Positions 39,639-50,349 of a stretch of 64,000 nucleotides of DNA are shown piece by piece. Position 1 is the stretch's first letter; each line of letters opens with the position of its first letter. Source of the DNA: Terriglobia bacterium (GTDB lineage: Bacteria > Acidobacteriota > Terriglobia > 2-12-FULL-54-10). Where the stretch lies: assembly GCA_963666975.2 (NCBI GenBank), contig CAXVYR010000003.1:736001-800000 (forward strand), read 5' to 3'. The position numbers were made by a program, and so were the translations under genes. The notes below the pieces were generated by a model that did not search any database, had not been told where the DNA came from, and saw nothing but the letters and a program-made list of their open reading frames with translations.

Positions 39639-42600
39639 CTATCGCTCTTTAATTGCTTCCCGCGCCGTCTTGCGGACCGGCCATAAGCCGAATCCGACCG
39701 AAATCGCAGCCAGAACTACGGTGAACACGAGGACACTGGCCGCCGCCGCCAGAGTCAAAACGAGACGGTTTGAGAGTAACCCCGCCACTCCGAGGACACG
39801 GGGGAGATCCCAGATTGCCTGCGACAGCCCGTAGCCGGAGATGATGCCCAGGAGAACTCCCATCGCCAGCCCTGCCAGGACCGGTGTGAGAAACATGGCA
39901 ATGGAAATTCGCAACAACATCGAGATCGGCACGCCGCGCAAGCGCAGCAGGCCGAACGTCAGCCGATCGGCTAAAAAGTTGGCGAAGCCAATCGCGCTCA
40001 CACTCGCTAGCGCGAGGATGAGCCCGCCGAACATGAACACCTTCATATTTTCCAAAGCGAGCGAAATGAACATGTCCTTGCCGACCCGCTGGCGCTCCGC
40101 GGCTTCCCATCGGACCCCTTGCGGACGCATCGGAAGCTTTTCAGTAATGTCCGCAACGAACTGATCATCTACCTCGCCGGACCGCGTGCGGACCACGAAC
40201 ACCGATCGTGAGGGCAGCACGGCAAGTCTCGCCAGCCCGGTCCGCGCGAATTCTGCGCTGGTAATCATACGGGCATCCGACCGCAGCATGTAATTGAGAT
40301 AATCCACTTCAGCGGAGACGAATCCCTCGCGATCAGACACGCCTGTGGACGGCTGGCCGGGCAGAAACGCCACGACATCGCGGAATTGTACGGGCATCGG
40401 CGTCTCGCTGCCATAGCCCAGAATCACATCGCGGTCGAGTGGGATTTTCCGCAGTCGCAGCAATCCTTGGGAGGCCGTAACCGTGGTGTCCGTTAGGCCA
40501 TCGATAATCTGGCGGAACGGACGTGTCAGGCCGAGAGTTTCTTCGTAGTACACCGTGTTAATGTAGTCCTGGGGCATGTCCACAATGTTCAGAATGAGGC
40601 CACTCTGTCCCGGAATGTAAACGCCGGGAACGACGAACTGCTGAATGGTAGTGACGGAGGACACTCGCGGGTCGCTTTGCAGCACCTCCTTGATGGAAGC
40701 TATCGCCGTCGCCACCGTGCGTTCGTATTCGGCGATGGTCCGTACTGTCGCTTCGCCATCGCTGAGCTCGGTCATGTTGTATTCAATATGCAGGTCACCG
40801 CCAACAGACACCCGAATACCGCGAAGGACGCGACCGTAGAACGTGTCAGCGGCAACCTGTGGCAATAGCGTGATCGCCATCGCGAGCGCCGCGACGAACA
40901 GCACTGCGACGACGCGACCCCTGCGGAGCGCCATGTGCTGTCCCACGAACCAGCGCAAGCTGCCGACCAACGGCACCGTGATCGCACTCAGCCCCTCTTG
41001 GATCCACCTCACACGCCAACTGAACAGACCGGTAAGGCCGAAGAGAAATAGCGGCACAGCGATGAAGTTTAAGACGATTTCGCTGATGAACAAAACCGGC
41101 ACCAGCGATTCACGGGTTGGTCCTATCCAGCGTGCGGCCAGAGAGTAGCCCGCAATCCACGATGCCACCTTGTAACCGCCGAGAATCAGAGCGAGGAAGC
41201 TCGTTACGATGTACGCCCTCGACATTCGGGTGGCGCGCTCCTCGACGTCCGTGCCGAGCACGCGGGTCAGGGCCTCGCGTGGAGTCATCCGCCGCACATA
41301 CCGCAGAATCGTGTAGCCCGACAGCAGAGCGAAGAAGACGCCCAGGATCACAAACCCTGCGAAGAACACCAAGCCCCGCACGAAAACCGGCATCGTTGGC
41401 ATTAAGTGTCCTGCGAGACTGTATCCGATGATGGGAACGAGCGTCCCGAGAAAGAGTCCGACTAAGCTGCCGGCTAACCCTCCGGCGAGCAGGGCGAGCA
41501 GAAGTGTGCTCGACACGGCGTTCATCGGTATTCCTCGGACCAATGCGAGACCCACCATGCGACGCTCGTTCAAGATCAGCAGACCGCTCAAGTTTCGTGC
41601 CAGCACCCAGCCGAGCCACAAAAGCGGGACGGCAACGAGTACCGTCACTAGTTGAACGAGCCGGGCATTGGCGCTCATGCGCTCTAAGGCGTTTTTCAGG
41701 TCGCTATTGACATAAGCGAACGGCGTGAGCTGGTGGGCGGTCTCCTGCACCGTACTGACCAACGGCTCCACTCTGGCAAGGCTTGCATCGAGCTCCCAAG
41801 GGGAGACCCAGCGAGACCGATCGACGGCGAGTAAGTGCGATACTTCGGGAACATAAGGAGGCGGTGCTTCGCCGCCGTGGATACCTTCGGAGGAGAGAAA
41901 CATCTCGCCCATCTGATTTGCTAGATTTGCGAATACATCCAGGGGCAGGGAAATCACAATCGCTTCTTCGGGCAGGTAGGTCAGGGACCCGACTTCCCGC
42001 AGCATCCACTTGTTAAATTCCTGTCGCTCAAGCTGAACCGGCGGCGTCATTACAGAGGCCTGAAAAAGCGTCTGGCCGCCCCCGATAGGCACAAGGTGAT
42101 CCCCTGGGCCGTGATCGTGATCATGCTCTTCTTCAACTTCTCCAATCACGGCAAGGCGCACCGAACTGCCTGCCCGCACACGTTTACTGGCCTCAAATAC
42201 TTCGGTACCCCGGCCTGCGCCGCGTTGGGCTGCAACAAGAGCAAGCTGGTAAGGGACGGGCGCCGTGCCAGGGCTGGTGCGCCGCAATTCTGGTGGAAGT
42301 AATTCCGTCTGGGATGCCGCGATAAAAGCCACCCAGCGAACAGGAAACTCTGCCTGATCAATCTCGATCCGGAGCGGGCTCGTGTTGCGCACCCGCAGGA
42401 ATCCGATATTTTCAAGCCGCTGGATGCCCTCCAGCCGCTCCAGACTTTCGCGCATTTCTATAAACCGATGCGCCTCGCCTCGCTGCACAACCGAGATGTC
42501 CCACGGCATTCGCTGGAGTTGATCTGTAACGTAGCCTTCGATGGCATATCCTGATGTCAGGTACAGCGACGCCAGAATGGCAACCGACAGCATCGAGACG

Positions 42601-42656
42601 CTTCCGTAAACGAAGAAAACCCTCTTGCCTAGAACACGGAACAAAAACCAGCGCAT
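39639..42656 (-). CDS. Large duplicated FtsX-like ABC permease
   Basis: 1005 aa, two large soluble domains each followed by TM clusters; His-rich EEEHDHDHGPGDH loop; adjacent ATPase. Confidence 0.75.
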   Translation of the reverse strand: MRWFLFRVLGKRVFFVYGSVSMLSVAILASLYLTSGYAIEGYVTDQLQRMPWDISVVQRGEAHRFIEMRESLERLEGIQRLENIGFLRVRNTSPLRIEIDQAEFPVRWVAFIAASQTELLPPELRRTSPGTAPVPYQLALVAAQRGAGRGTEVFEASKRVRAGSSVRLAVIGEVEEEHDHDHGPGDHLVPIGGGQTLFQASVMTPPVQLERQEFNKWMLREVGSLTYLPEEAIVISLPLDVFANLANQMGEMFLSSEGIHGGEAPPPYVPEVSHLLAVDRSRWVSPWELDASLARVEPLVSTVQETAHQLTPFAYVNSDLKNALERMSANARLVQLVTVLVAVPLLWLGWVLARNLSGLLILNERRMVGLALVRGIPMNAVSSTLLLALLAGGLAGSLVGLFLGTLVPIIGYSLAGHLMPTMPVFVRGLVFFAGFVILGVFFALLSGYTILRYVRRMTPREALTRVLGTDVEERATRMSRAYIVTSFLALILGGYKVASWIAGYSLAARWIGPTRESLVPVLFISEIVLNFIAVPLFLFGLTGLFSWRVRWIQEGLSAITVPLVGSLRWFVGQHMALRRGRVVAVLFVAALAMAITLLPQVAADTFYGRVLRGIRVSVGGDLHIEYNMTELSDGEATVRTIAEYERTVATAIASIKEVLQSDPRVSSVTTIQQFVVPGVYIPGQSGLILNIVDMPQDYINTVYYEETLGLTRPFRQIIDGLTDTTVTASQGLLRLRKIPLDRDVILGYGSETPMPVQFRDVVAFLPGQPSTGVSDREGFVSAEVDYLNYMLRSDARMITSAEFARTGLARLAVLPSRSVFVVRTRSGEVDDQFVADITEKLPMRPQGVRWEAAERQRVGKDMFISLALENMKVFMFGGLILALASVSAIGFANFLADRLTFGLLRLRGVPISMLLRISIAMFLTPVLAGLAMGVLLGIISGYGLSQAIWDLPRVLGVAGLLSNRLVLTLAAAASVLVFTVVLAAISVGFGLWPVRKTAREAIKER

Positions 42657-42699
42657 GCGAAACCCCGCAAAGTGTCTTCTATTGAGGTTTACATAATAT

Positions 42700-44029
42700 C
42701 ACTGCTGTCCGGCTAAAATTTCAGAACAGCCAACAAGTCTCATGAGAGCAAAAGGTTACGGGCATTGGAGCATTTTTCGATTTGAAATCCGCGAGGGCGA
42801 AAAATGGCTTTGAACGTAAAGACTGGGGTAGGCGACAGAATAGTGCATGAACATCGGTCGCACCGTTTTCGCTCAGCTTATGGATCACGTGCCCTCGTAC
42901 GAGTTTCACAAATGCGTCACGCGCTACCGTGGCGACGATCACCTGCGAAGCTTTTCTTGCTGGGACCAGTTTCTGGCGATGGCGTTCGCTCAGTTGACTT
43001 ACCGCGAGAGTCTCCGCGACATCGAGGCGTGTCTGCGTTCCATGACCAGCAAACTCTACCACATCGGATTGCGCGGCAACGTGGCGCGCTCGACACTGGC
43101 CGATGCCAACGAGTCGCACGACTGGCGCATCTACGCGGACTTCGCCCAGGTGTTGATCGGCATCGCACGGCCTTTGTATGCGCGCGATCCGATCGGCGTC
43201 GATCTGGATCAGAGCCTGTACGCGCTGGACTCCACCACCATCGACCTCTGCCTCTCGCTGTTTCCGTGGGCACGATTCCGCCAACACAAGGCTGCCGTCA
43301 AACTGCATACGCTGCTGGACCTGCAGGGCAACATCCCCACGTTTCTCCGCGTCACGGCCGGTGCCGTGCACGATGTCAACATCCTCGACGAGATCGTTCC
43401 GGAAGCGGGCGCGTTCTACGTGATGGATCGCGGCTACATCGACTTCGAGCGACTCTTTGTCTTCACACTCTGCTCCGCATTTTTCGTCGTGCGGACGAAA
43501 GAGAACGTCTTGCTCCAACGCCGCTATTCTCATCCAGCAGACAGAACCAGCGGCTTGCGATCCGATCATACCGTGATCCTGACCGGGAACGCCTCGGCCA
43601 GGGCATACCCCGATCCGCTACGGCGCGTTACGTACTTCGATGCAGAAACAAACAAGCGCCTGAAGTTTCTTACCAACAATTTCGTGCTACCCGCACTCAC
43701 TATCGCTCAAATCTACAAGTGCCGCTGGCAGGTGGAACTGTTCTTCAAATGGATCAAGCAGCACCTGCGAATCAAGGCATTCTATGGCACCAGCCAAAAC
43801 GCAGTGAAGACTCAAATCTGGATCGCCGTTTCGATCTATGTACTCGTGGCCATTGTCCGGAAGCGTCTCGCTTTGGAAGCCAGCCTTTACCAAATTTTAC
43901 AGATTCTCAGTGTTACTCTTTTCGAGAAAGTGCCCATTTTACAGGCCCTGGAAGCATCGGGCTCCCAAGACGATTTAGTCAGAAATCCCAACCAGTTGAT
44001 TCTGTTCGAGTTTTAACCGGACAGCAATG
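42700..44029 (+). mobile_element. Complete IS4-family element with 9-bp target duplication
   Basis: IRL CACTGCTGTCCGGCTAAAA, IRR (rev-comp) CATTGCTGTCCGGTTAAAA; TSD ACATAATAT at 42691-42699 and 44030-44038. Confidence 0.93.
42847..44016 (+). CDS. IS4-family transposase (DUF4372-type N-terminus)
   Basis: LDSTTIDL, MDRGY, YKCRWQVELFFKWIKQ (YREK motif). Confidence 0.95.
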   Translation: MNIGRTVFAQLMDHVPSYEFHKCVTRYRGDDHLRSFSCWDQFLAMAFAQLTYRESLRDIEACLRSMTSKLYHIGLRGNVARSTLADANESHDWRIYADFAQVLIGIARPLYARDPIGVDLDQSLYALDSTTIDLCLSLFPWARFRQHKAAVKLHTLLDLQGNIPTFLRVTAGAVHDVNILDEIVPEAGAFYVMDRGYIDFERLFVFTLCSAFFVVRTKENVLLQRRYSHPADRTSGLRSDHTVILTGNASARAYPDPLRRVTYFDAETNKRLKFLTNNFVLPALTIAQIYKCRWQVELFFKWIKQHLRIKAFYGTSQNAVKTQIWIAVSIYVLVAIVRKRLALEASLYQILQILSVTLFEKVPILQALEASGSQDDLVRNPNQLILFEF

Positions 44030-44225
44030 ACATAATATAGTGACACTTAGATTCGCTGGGCGGCCTTCTATAGGGCTTTTGTAGCCTGTGGAAATGTCAC
44101 TATATTAAGAAATATTCAATAATTCTGATGCTGCCTGCCGGTCGCCGAGAAGAGCGCAGACGGCCACGGCGATTCACCTCAACACCAGGATCCAGGGGTG
44201 AGCAACTTTCCCCCGACGGAAGCCA

Positions 44226-45794
44226 TCAATCCACGTAGTATTCGTACGTGCCCGCCTGAATTTTCGCCCACTCTTTCATGATGTAGCCCCACGGGTCGGA
44301 CGCGTACTCCTTCTCATAGTCGCCCGGCACGTTGATGCCCGGAATTCCCGGAATCCAGTCGTAGCGAAGGAGTTGGTCCGGGTCGCCGTATCTTGCCGCC
44401 AGCGCTCGAACTTCGGGGTCGCTGACTGGAGCGATGATGCCTTTGTCGGTTACCGTGATCCATTCTCCTGTGTCGGCCAGTTTGTACCGCACCGTTGGGA
44501 AGTAAACATGCATGTGCATCGTGTGCTTCAGCGGCAGTCCGTTCGCCTCCGCATAGGCGACGTCCTGAGGGTCCATGCGGCGCGAGGCTGGATGGGAGTA
44601 CGCGAAGTGCTGCACACCGGCGCGGTTCCGTTCCGCCATGTTCGCCCACGTCTGCGTTCCGTTTTTCAGATACTCGACATCTCGGACCGCCTTCGGGTTG
44701 GTTCCAAATCCATCCTGCATTAGGTACCAATATCCCGGTTCAGGAGCCGTAGGGAAGTTAGCGTTCTTGAACTTGGGGTGCTCCAGGAGCATTCGGAAGA
44801 TGTCGCTGGTTTTTCCGCCACCGTCTACGCGCTCCACGCGGCCATTTTCACTCAAATAGACGGTCATGGCTGGCTGGAACCCCGTGTGGTTGGCCGCAGC
44901 GCGAATGACTCCTTTCTTCCACGTTGCCCCTGTCGCCGGCGGATAGATGTTCAGGTGTCCTTCAATGCCGGTCCGCTGACTCCAGAAACGGGTCTGCTCC
45001 GGTGTCAATGTCCAATGCAGATCAGTACCTTCCGGGTCCGTAAACGTGCCTTCCATTACATGCGGGATTGGCGCCACCATGCGGTCGTCGAGTAAGTTCC
45101 AAACGTCACCCGGGAAGCCAGCGAACTTGCTTAGCAGCTCCTGTGGCGACTCGTAAATCCAGTTGCCCAACTGAATCTTGTCCTCATGGCGTTCACCCGC
45201 ATGACGAGCGGCGGCGCCCCTTCCCCCGATTCCGGCAAAATAGAATTTAATCTCCGGATGCTCATCAAGATACTCGCCAATGTTCGGCCAGATGAAGTAG
45301 TCAGAGAGCTGCAGCCCAAACTCCTCCCGAAGGTCCGCTGGCAGAAACGGCATGTATGCGGGTTCGAAGACTCCAATCTCTTTCCACCCTTCGTTGCCAT
45401 AAATCAGGCTCGTCTTTCCCCACTCCTTGTACTCTTCTTCCGTGAGCCCTGTCAGCGTCCAGGAAGGAATCGCCACCGCAGTGACGCCTCGCTCCGCCCA
45501 CGCCTGCTTGACCGCATCCCAAACTTGAGGATCTTGTGCCCATCGGAGAAAGACGTGCACGGTCTGCCCCCTCTGGAGCTTGCCGAGCGGCGCGCGGCCA
45601 TAAACCTGCCGTACGGCAATGCGGGCCGCTTCAAGCAGTTGTTCTTGACTCAGATTTACCAAGTGGCTCGGGTAGGCCGGCTTGGGATACTGCTCGCGGG
45701 ACGGTGCTTGCGCCGTTAACGGCCTTGAGAACCCGACTCCGAGCAGGACAGCCATCCCAATCCACAAACCGATAACGTAATATCGTTTTTTCAT
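44226..45794 (-). CDS. Exported uncharacterised protein with distant M29-aminopeptidase-like C-terminus, paralog 1
   Basis: Signal peptide; TDPEGTDL, DGFGTNPKA, RNRAGVQHF, HTMHMH. Confidence 0.55.
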   Translation of the reverse strand: MKKRYYVIGLWIGMAVLLGVGFSRPLTAQAPSREQYPKPAYPSHLVNLSQEQLLEAARIAVRQVYGRAPLGKLQRGQTVHVFLRWAQDPQVWDAVKQAWAERGVTAVAIPSWTLTGLTEEEYKEWGKTSLIYGNEGWKEIGVFEPAYMPFLPADLREEFGLQLSDYFIWPNIGEYLDEHPEIKFYFAGIGGRGAAARHAGERHEDKIQLGNWIYESPQELLSKFAGFPGDVWNLLDDRMVAPIPHVMEGTFTDPEGTDLHWTLTPEQTRFWSQRTGIEGHLNIYPPATGATWKKGVIRAAANHTGFQPAMTVYLSENGRVERVDGGGKTSDIFRMLLEHPKFKNANFPTAPEPGYWYLMQDGFGTNPKAVRDVEYLKNGTQTWANMAERNRAGVQHFAYSHPASRRMDPQDVAYAEANGLPLKHTMHMHVYFPTVRYKLADTGEWITVTDKGIIAPVSDPEVRALAARYGDPDQLLRYDWIPGIPGINVPGDYEKEYASDPWGYIMKEWAKIQAGTYEYYVD

Positions 45795-45873
45795 AGTACC
45801 TCCTTAGGAATCGACTGAGTTAAATCAGCCCGCACGCCGCAGCGTTTCCGCATTAGCGCGTTCTCGTATGTGT

Positions 45874-47457
45874 CTAATAGTCGTCCAGGTAAAATTCGTA
45901 GGTGCCAGCTTGAATCTTGGCCCACTCCTTCATCAGGTACCCCCAAGGATCGCGGCCATACTCGCGCTCGTGGTCACCCGGAATATTGATGCCCGGGATG
46001 GCTGGAATCCATTCGTAACGCAGGATGTTATCCGGGTCGCCGTACCTTGACGTAAGCGCCCGGATCTCAGGGTCTTCGAACGCTTTCAGGATGCCCTTAT
46101 CCGCTATGGTGATCCATTCCCCCGTGTCCGCCAGCATCCACCGGACCGTCGAAAAGAACACGTGCATGTGCATCGTGTGTTGCAAGGGGATCCCCTGGGC
46201 TCTCGCGTAGGATTCGTCCTCGGGAGTCTTCGCCGGGTGGCTGAATGAGAAGTGCTGTACGCCTGCCCGATTCCGCTCCGCCATATTTGCCCAGCTCTGA
46301 CTTCCCTTAATCAAAAGGGGCACGTCCCGAACGGCCTTCGGATTCGTCCCAAATCCGTCAGAGTTCAAGTACCAGTAGCCCGGCACGGAGGTGGACGGGA
46401 ACTGCGCGTTCATGAACTTCGGATGCTCTATGAGCATGCGGAATAACTCGCCCGTGCGGCCGCCACCTTCAACGCGCAACACCCTTCCATGCTCGTCGAT
46501 GTGCACCCGCTGCAACTCTTGATACCCGATATGGTTCGATGCGGCTGCAACAACCCCGCCCGGCTTCCAGGTGGCGCGAGGGGGATCGGGGTATACCGAA
46601 AGATGACCCGGACTCACATCTCTGCTGGCCCACCTCCGTGTTCCCTCCGGCGTCAGGGTCCAGTGCAAATTCGTTCCCTGCGGATCGGTGAAGGTCCCTT
46701 CCGAGACGTGCGCCTTCGGCGCTACGACCCGGTCATCGACCAGACTCCACACGTCACCGGGGAAGGCCGCGAACTTACTGAGCAACTCGTGTTGGGTTTC
46801 ATAGGTCCAGTTTCCCATAAACTTACGCCCGTGCTTGCCCGCCGCCGACCGGTTACGGCCTCGTCCCCCGACGCCCATGAAGTAGCGCTCGATCTCGGGG
46901 TGCTTGTCGAGATAGGGCTCGACGTTCTTGTGTAGGAAGTACAGCGAGAGCGGCTGCCCGAAACTTTTCTGTATGTCCGGAGGGAAGAACTGGAGGTATG
47001 CCGGCTCGAAAAAAGCAAGCTCTTTCCAGCCTTCATGTCCATGGATCAGATTCGTGGGATTTTCCGTCTCCGCCCACTGCTTCATTTGGGCCTGGGTCAT
47101 CCCGGGCAGCTCCCAGGGCTGTATCCTCACTGCCGTCACGCCACGGTCCGCCCACGCCTGCTTGATCGCCTCCCAGACGGCCATGTCCTGCTGGTGTTCT
47201 TGGAATACATGCACTGTCTGCCCGCTTTGCACCTTGCCGAGCGGCGCGCGGCCATAAACCTGCCGTACGGCGATTTGCGCTGCCTGAAGGAGCTGGTTCG
47301 GGTCTGGCTTCACTAGATAGCGCGGGAAGGCGGGTCGGGGATAAGTCGCTCTTGGCGGTGCCTGCGCCACAAGGGTAACACCAACCAGGACGTAGACCAT
47401 CGCCAATACCGCACACACTTTCCACAAGCGCCCGGACCGTCTCAAGCTGGCTGTCAT
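45874..47457 (-). CDS. Exported uncharacterised protein with distant M29-like C-terminus, paralog 2
   Basis: Full-length similarity to the 44226-45794 product with the same motifs. Confidence 0.55.
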   Translation of the reverse strand: MTASLRRSGRLWKVCAVLAMVYVLVGVTLVAQAPPRATYPRPAFPRYLVKPDPNQLLQAAQIAVRQVYGRAPLGKVQSGQTVHVFQEHQQDMAVWEAIKQAWADRGVTAVRIQPWELPGMTQAQMKQWAETENPTNLIHGHEGWKELAFFEPAYLQFFPPDIQKSFGQPLSLYFLHKNVEPYLDKHPEIERYFMGVGGRGRNRSAAGKHGRKFMGNWTYETQHELLSKFAAFPGDVWSLVDDRVVAPKAHVSEGTFTDPQGTNLHWTLTPEGTRRWASRDVSPGHLSVYPDPPRATWKPGGVVAAASNHIGYQELQRVHIDEHGRVLRVEGGGRTGELFRMLIEHPKFMNAQFPSTSVPGYWYLNSDGFGTNPKAVRDVPLLIKGSQSWANMAERNRAGVQHFSFSHPAKTPEDESYARAQGIPLQHTMHMHVFFSTVRWMLADTGEWITIADKGILKAFEDPEIRALTSRYGDPDNILRYEWIPAIPGINIPGDHEREYGRDPWGYLMKEWAKIQAGTYEFYLDDY

Positions 47458-47739
47458 AGGCGTCCTCCTCCCTTGATGCCTCCTCGGTCGTCAGAACGAG
47501 GCGACGTATGGTAATTGGATTGGATGACATCTCACCACAGTGTCACCCCTCATTCAAAACAGGCTTTCCGACTGTCCGATCGTTGGAATTTCCCTGCGAG
47601 GCAATCTGAAGCCCAAAAGCTTTTTTTTACATCCTGTTCGGTTGTACCAGAATCCTTTGTCTGAGGTTTTTGGCAACGAGAGTTCGTTGTGTTGATCCTT
47701 TGCTAGCTTGCGAACGAGACCCCTTTTTTTCGCTCGATA

Positions 47740-47921
47740 CAGCCGGAATTAGTTTTGGGGCCCTTCCGCACTCGTGAGTATACGCCATTTATCTCCAACT
47801 GAACCCTTCCAGTGCAGTTTTGTTCTCCGGGGGCTCCGAGCGGTTTTCTTCGGCTCCTAAAAACCCGTCGGCCCGGCAACCAGAACCAGCTTTTTCAGAC
47901 ACCTCCCCATTCCTGGGGGAT
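47740..47921 (-). mobile_element. IS1380 right-end non-coding remnant
   Basis: CCAGAACCAGCTTTTTCAGAC...CCTGGGGGATAG shared with ~37150-37193. Confidence 0.55.
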
Positions 47922-48195
47922 AGGTGCCCGTCTTGGCTCGTACGAGGTCCTCAGCCCGCTAGGTGTGGGCGGTATGGGAGAGGTGTATAAAGCCAGGGAC
48001 ACCCGCCTGGACCGCACAGTAGCCGTCAAGGTTTTGCCCTCTCCCCTTGCAGACAAGCCCCAACTGCGCGAGCGATTCGGGCGGGAAGCCAGAACCGTCT
48101 CTAGTTTGAACCATCCGCACATCTGCACTCTGTACGACATCGGCCAGCAGGACGGGATTCACTACTTGGTCATGGAGTGCCTGTCGCGCGACTAA
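47922..48195 (+). pseudogene. Ser/Thr protein kinase N-lobe fragment
   Basis: LGVGGMGEVYKARDTRLDRTVAVKVL...LNHPHICTLYD...YLVME, truncated before the catalytic loop. Confidence 0.85.
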
Positions 48196-48327
48196 GACGG
48201 AGAATTCGAACCGTAGCGTTCCCCGATAACCTGCCCGTTAGCCTCGTTGAAGCAGACCTGCCATGTTGGTAGAATTCAAAAGAAAAAGATCCGGCTCGCG
48301 AATGATTCAGTATAGAAGGGACGGACG

Positions 48328-50115
48328 ATGATGATTTCTTGGCAAAGACATTTCTACATTCTTGCATTCTTGCTCGCCTTAACGGTGGGCCAGCAAGTTG
48401 GCTGGTCTCAGGGAAGCGCCGGAAACAAACCGCTGGTTTTGAAGGGCGCCACGTTGATTGACGGTACCGGGAAGCCGGCTGTACCAGATGCGGTGATCCT
48501 GATCGAGGGAGATAGAATCGCCGCAGTCGGCGGACGGCAGACTAATTACCCGCCAGACGCCACCGTCGTGGACCTTACCGGGAACTTTGTGATACCGGGA
48601 CTCGTAGATAGTCACGTCCATTACCGGCCCTGGCTCGGGGAGTTGTTTCTCAATCACGGGGTAACGACGGTATTCGCAATGCAACCCAGGGATACGTACG
48701 GAGAAGCTTATTACCAGCTCTCTCAAAGACCGGATGTCCGGACGCCCCGGCTCTACGATAATGGGGCCAACCTCGCGCTGTCTCCGTCCATGACCCGGGA
48801 GCAGGTTCGCGAACAGATCCAGAACTGGCTGAAGAGAGAACCGGAGTTTGCCAAGATGCCCCCCTATAATGAACGGATCAAACAGCCATACCAATGGATG
48901 GCGGAGGAAATCCACGCCGCAGGACTGCTGACCTATGGTCACGCGGAAGACTGCCGGGCGGCCGTCGAGGCGGGACTGAACGTGGTGGAGCATGTCTGGG
49001 GATGCGCCAAGTTCTTAATGTCGCGGGAGGAGTTGGAAAGCTTCGAACGGGGCGAGTCCTTGCACTGGGGTCTATTCTTGAAAGATAAGGCGCGCAGGGA
49101 CCAGTTGATCCAACAGGTGATTCAGCGCGGAGGAAACTTCCTCAATCCGACGTTCGTGTATGAATTCGGTTCGCAATCCACTATGGCTTCCCAATTCGAG
49201 GCCGACATCGACGCCATCTTTAGAAACTCAACGGTGATGGCTTACTACCCGGCCAATCTTGCGGACGGATTGCGAATTAAATTCCAACTCGCCCGAAATT
49301 ATTCGAAGAAGTTCGGCACGATGGTGCATCTCTCTCACCTGAATGACAGGGAATTGCAGCAATCGAAAGAGGCCTACCGGCTGACCGGCGAGTTTACAAA
49401 GCGGTGGATCGAATTAGGCGGCAAAGTGATCGGCGGTTCGGATTCCCCCTCAATCGGCACCGCGGGGCTCTCTCTGCATATGGAGATGGCGATGCTGGTG
49501 GAAAGCGGGCTGACGCCGATGCAGGCGCTGCAAGCGGCCGGTGTGTGGGGCGCCGAACTGCTAACGGCGAAGCGCAAGAAGACTCCGAGGCATATGGTTG
49601 GATCGGTAACGGAGGGGGCCTTTGCAGACCTCGTTGTTCTTTCCGCCAATCCCTTGGATGCGATCGGAAACACACGGAAGATCGAGCGGGTAATGAAGGG
49701 CGGGAAGTTTGTGAAGTTAGGCTATTCGCCTGATTACGCCTCTGCCCCAGCGGGCATCATCACAGCGACCCCATACATCCTGGCGCCGGAGATCAGCGCG
49801 ATTACACCCAGCCGGGTTGTCGCGGGGAATCCGGAATTCGAGTTGGTGGTGGACGGCGAGGGCTTTCTTCCGAATTCGGTTGTTCAAGCGGATGGCGCTG
49901 CCGTACCGACGGCTTTTGTGGACATACGCACCTTGAAAGCCAGGATGCCGGCCAGCATTGTCGCACAGCCCATTCCGAATCGGTTCGTGCTGTACACAAA
50001 CCCGGAACAGCGCGTAGATGTCTATGGAGATCGTACCGTGAAAATCACGGTCTTTACCGGCCCCCCGGATGGCGGGCTTTCTAACAGTGTCTCGCTGAAA
50101 GTGATTGCCAAGTGA
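48328..50115 (+). CDS. Exported amidohydrolase with C-terminal IPT/TIG-like domain
   Basis: Signal peptide; PGLVDSHVH, GHAED, EHVWG, GGSD, ADLVVL..NPL; PEISAITP...beta domain. Confidence 0.85.
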   Translation: MMISWQRHFYILAFLLALTVGQQVGWSQGSAGNKPLVLKGATLIDGTGKPAVPDAVILIEGDRIAAVGGRQTNYPPDATVVDLTGNFVIPGLVDSHVHYRPWLGELFLNHGVTTVFAMQPRDTYGEAYYQLSQRPDVRTPRLYDNGANLALSPSMTREQVREQIQNWLKREPEFAKMPPYNERIKQPYQWMAEEIHAAGLLTYGHAEDCRAAVEAGLNVVEHVWGCAKFLMSREELESFERGESLHWGLFLKDKARRDQLIQQVIQRGGNFLNPTFVYEFGSQSTMASQFEADIDAIFRNSTVMAYYPANLADGLRIKFQLARNYSKKFGTMVHLSHLNDRELQQSKEAYRLTGEFTKRWIELGGKVIGGSDSPSIGTAGLSLHMEMAMLVESGLTPMQALQAAGVWGAELLTAKRKKTPRHMVGSVTEGAFADLVVLSANPLDAIGNTRKIERVMKGGKFVKLGYSPDYASAPAGIITATPYILAPEISAITPSRVVAGNPEFELVVDGEGFLPNSVVQADGAAVPTAFVDIRTLKARMPASIVAQPIPNRFVLYTNPEQRVDVYGDRTVKITVFTGPPDGGLSNSVSLKVIAK

Positions 50116-50349
50116 CTGGCTGAAAAAAGTCAGTGAGGAAAACGCGGAATACTATTGCGGATTTCAACGCAGTGACGCAGCAGGTGCGAAACGGAGCGGG
50201 CAAAGCGGTCACACCGCCAGACCACCACAGCATCCAATCCGCGGCGCCCGATTTTGCAGCGGACTGCTGACTCAGGACACTAGTGAGAGAGCTTATATTA
50301 CAGCCTGGGGCGGGTGAGCCTGGTTTTCTTGGCAAAGGAAGGCTAAAGA

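Noticed and set aside
50113-50136. Possible read-through of the amidohydrolase TGA (VIAK*LAEKSQ*), aligning with the terminal Tyr of its paralog
   Set aside because: It would add only 7 residues, no SECIS-like hairpin was seen and there is no second copy to corroborate; it is treated as a normal stop.
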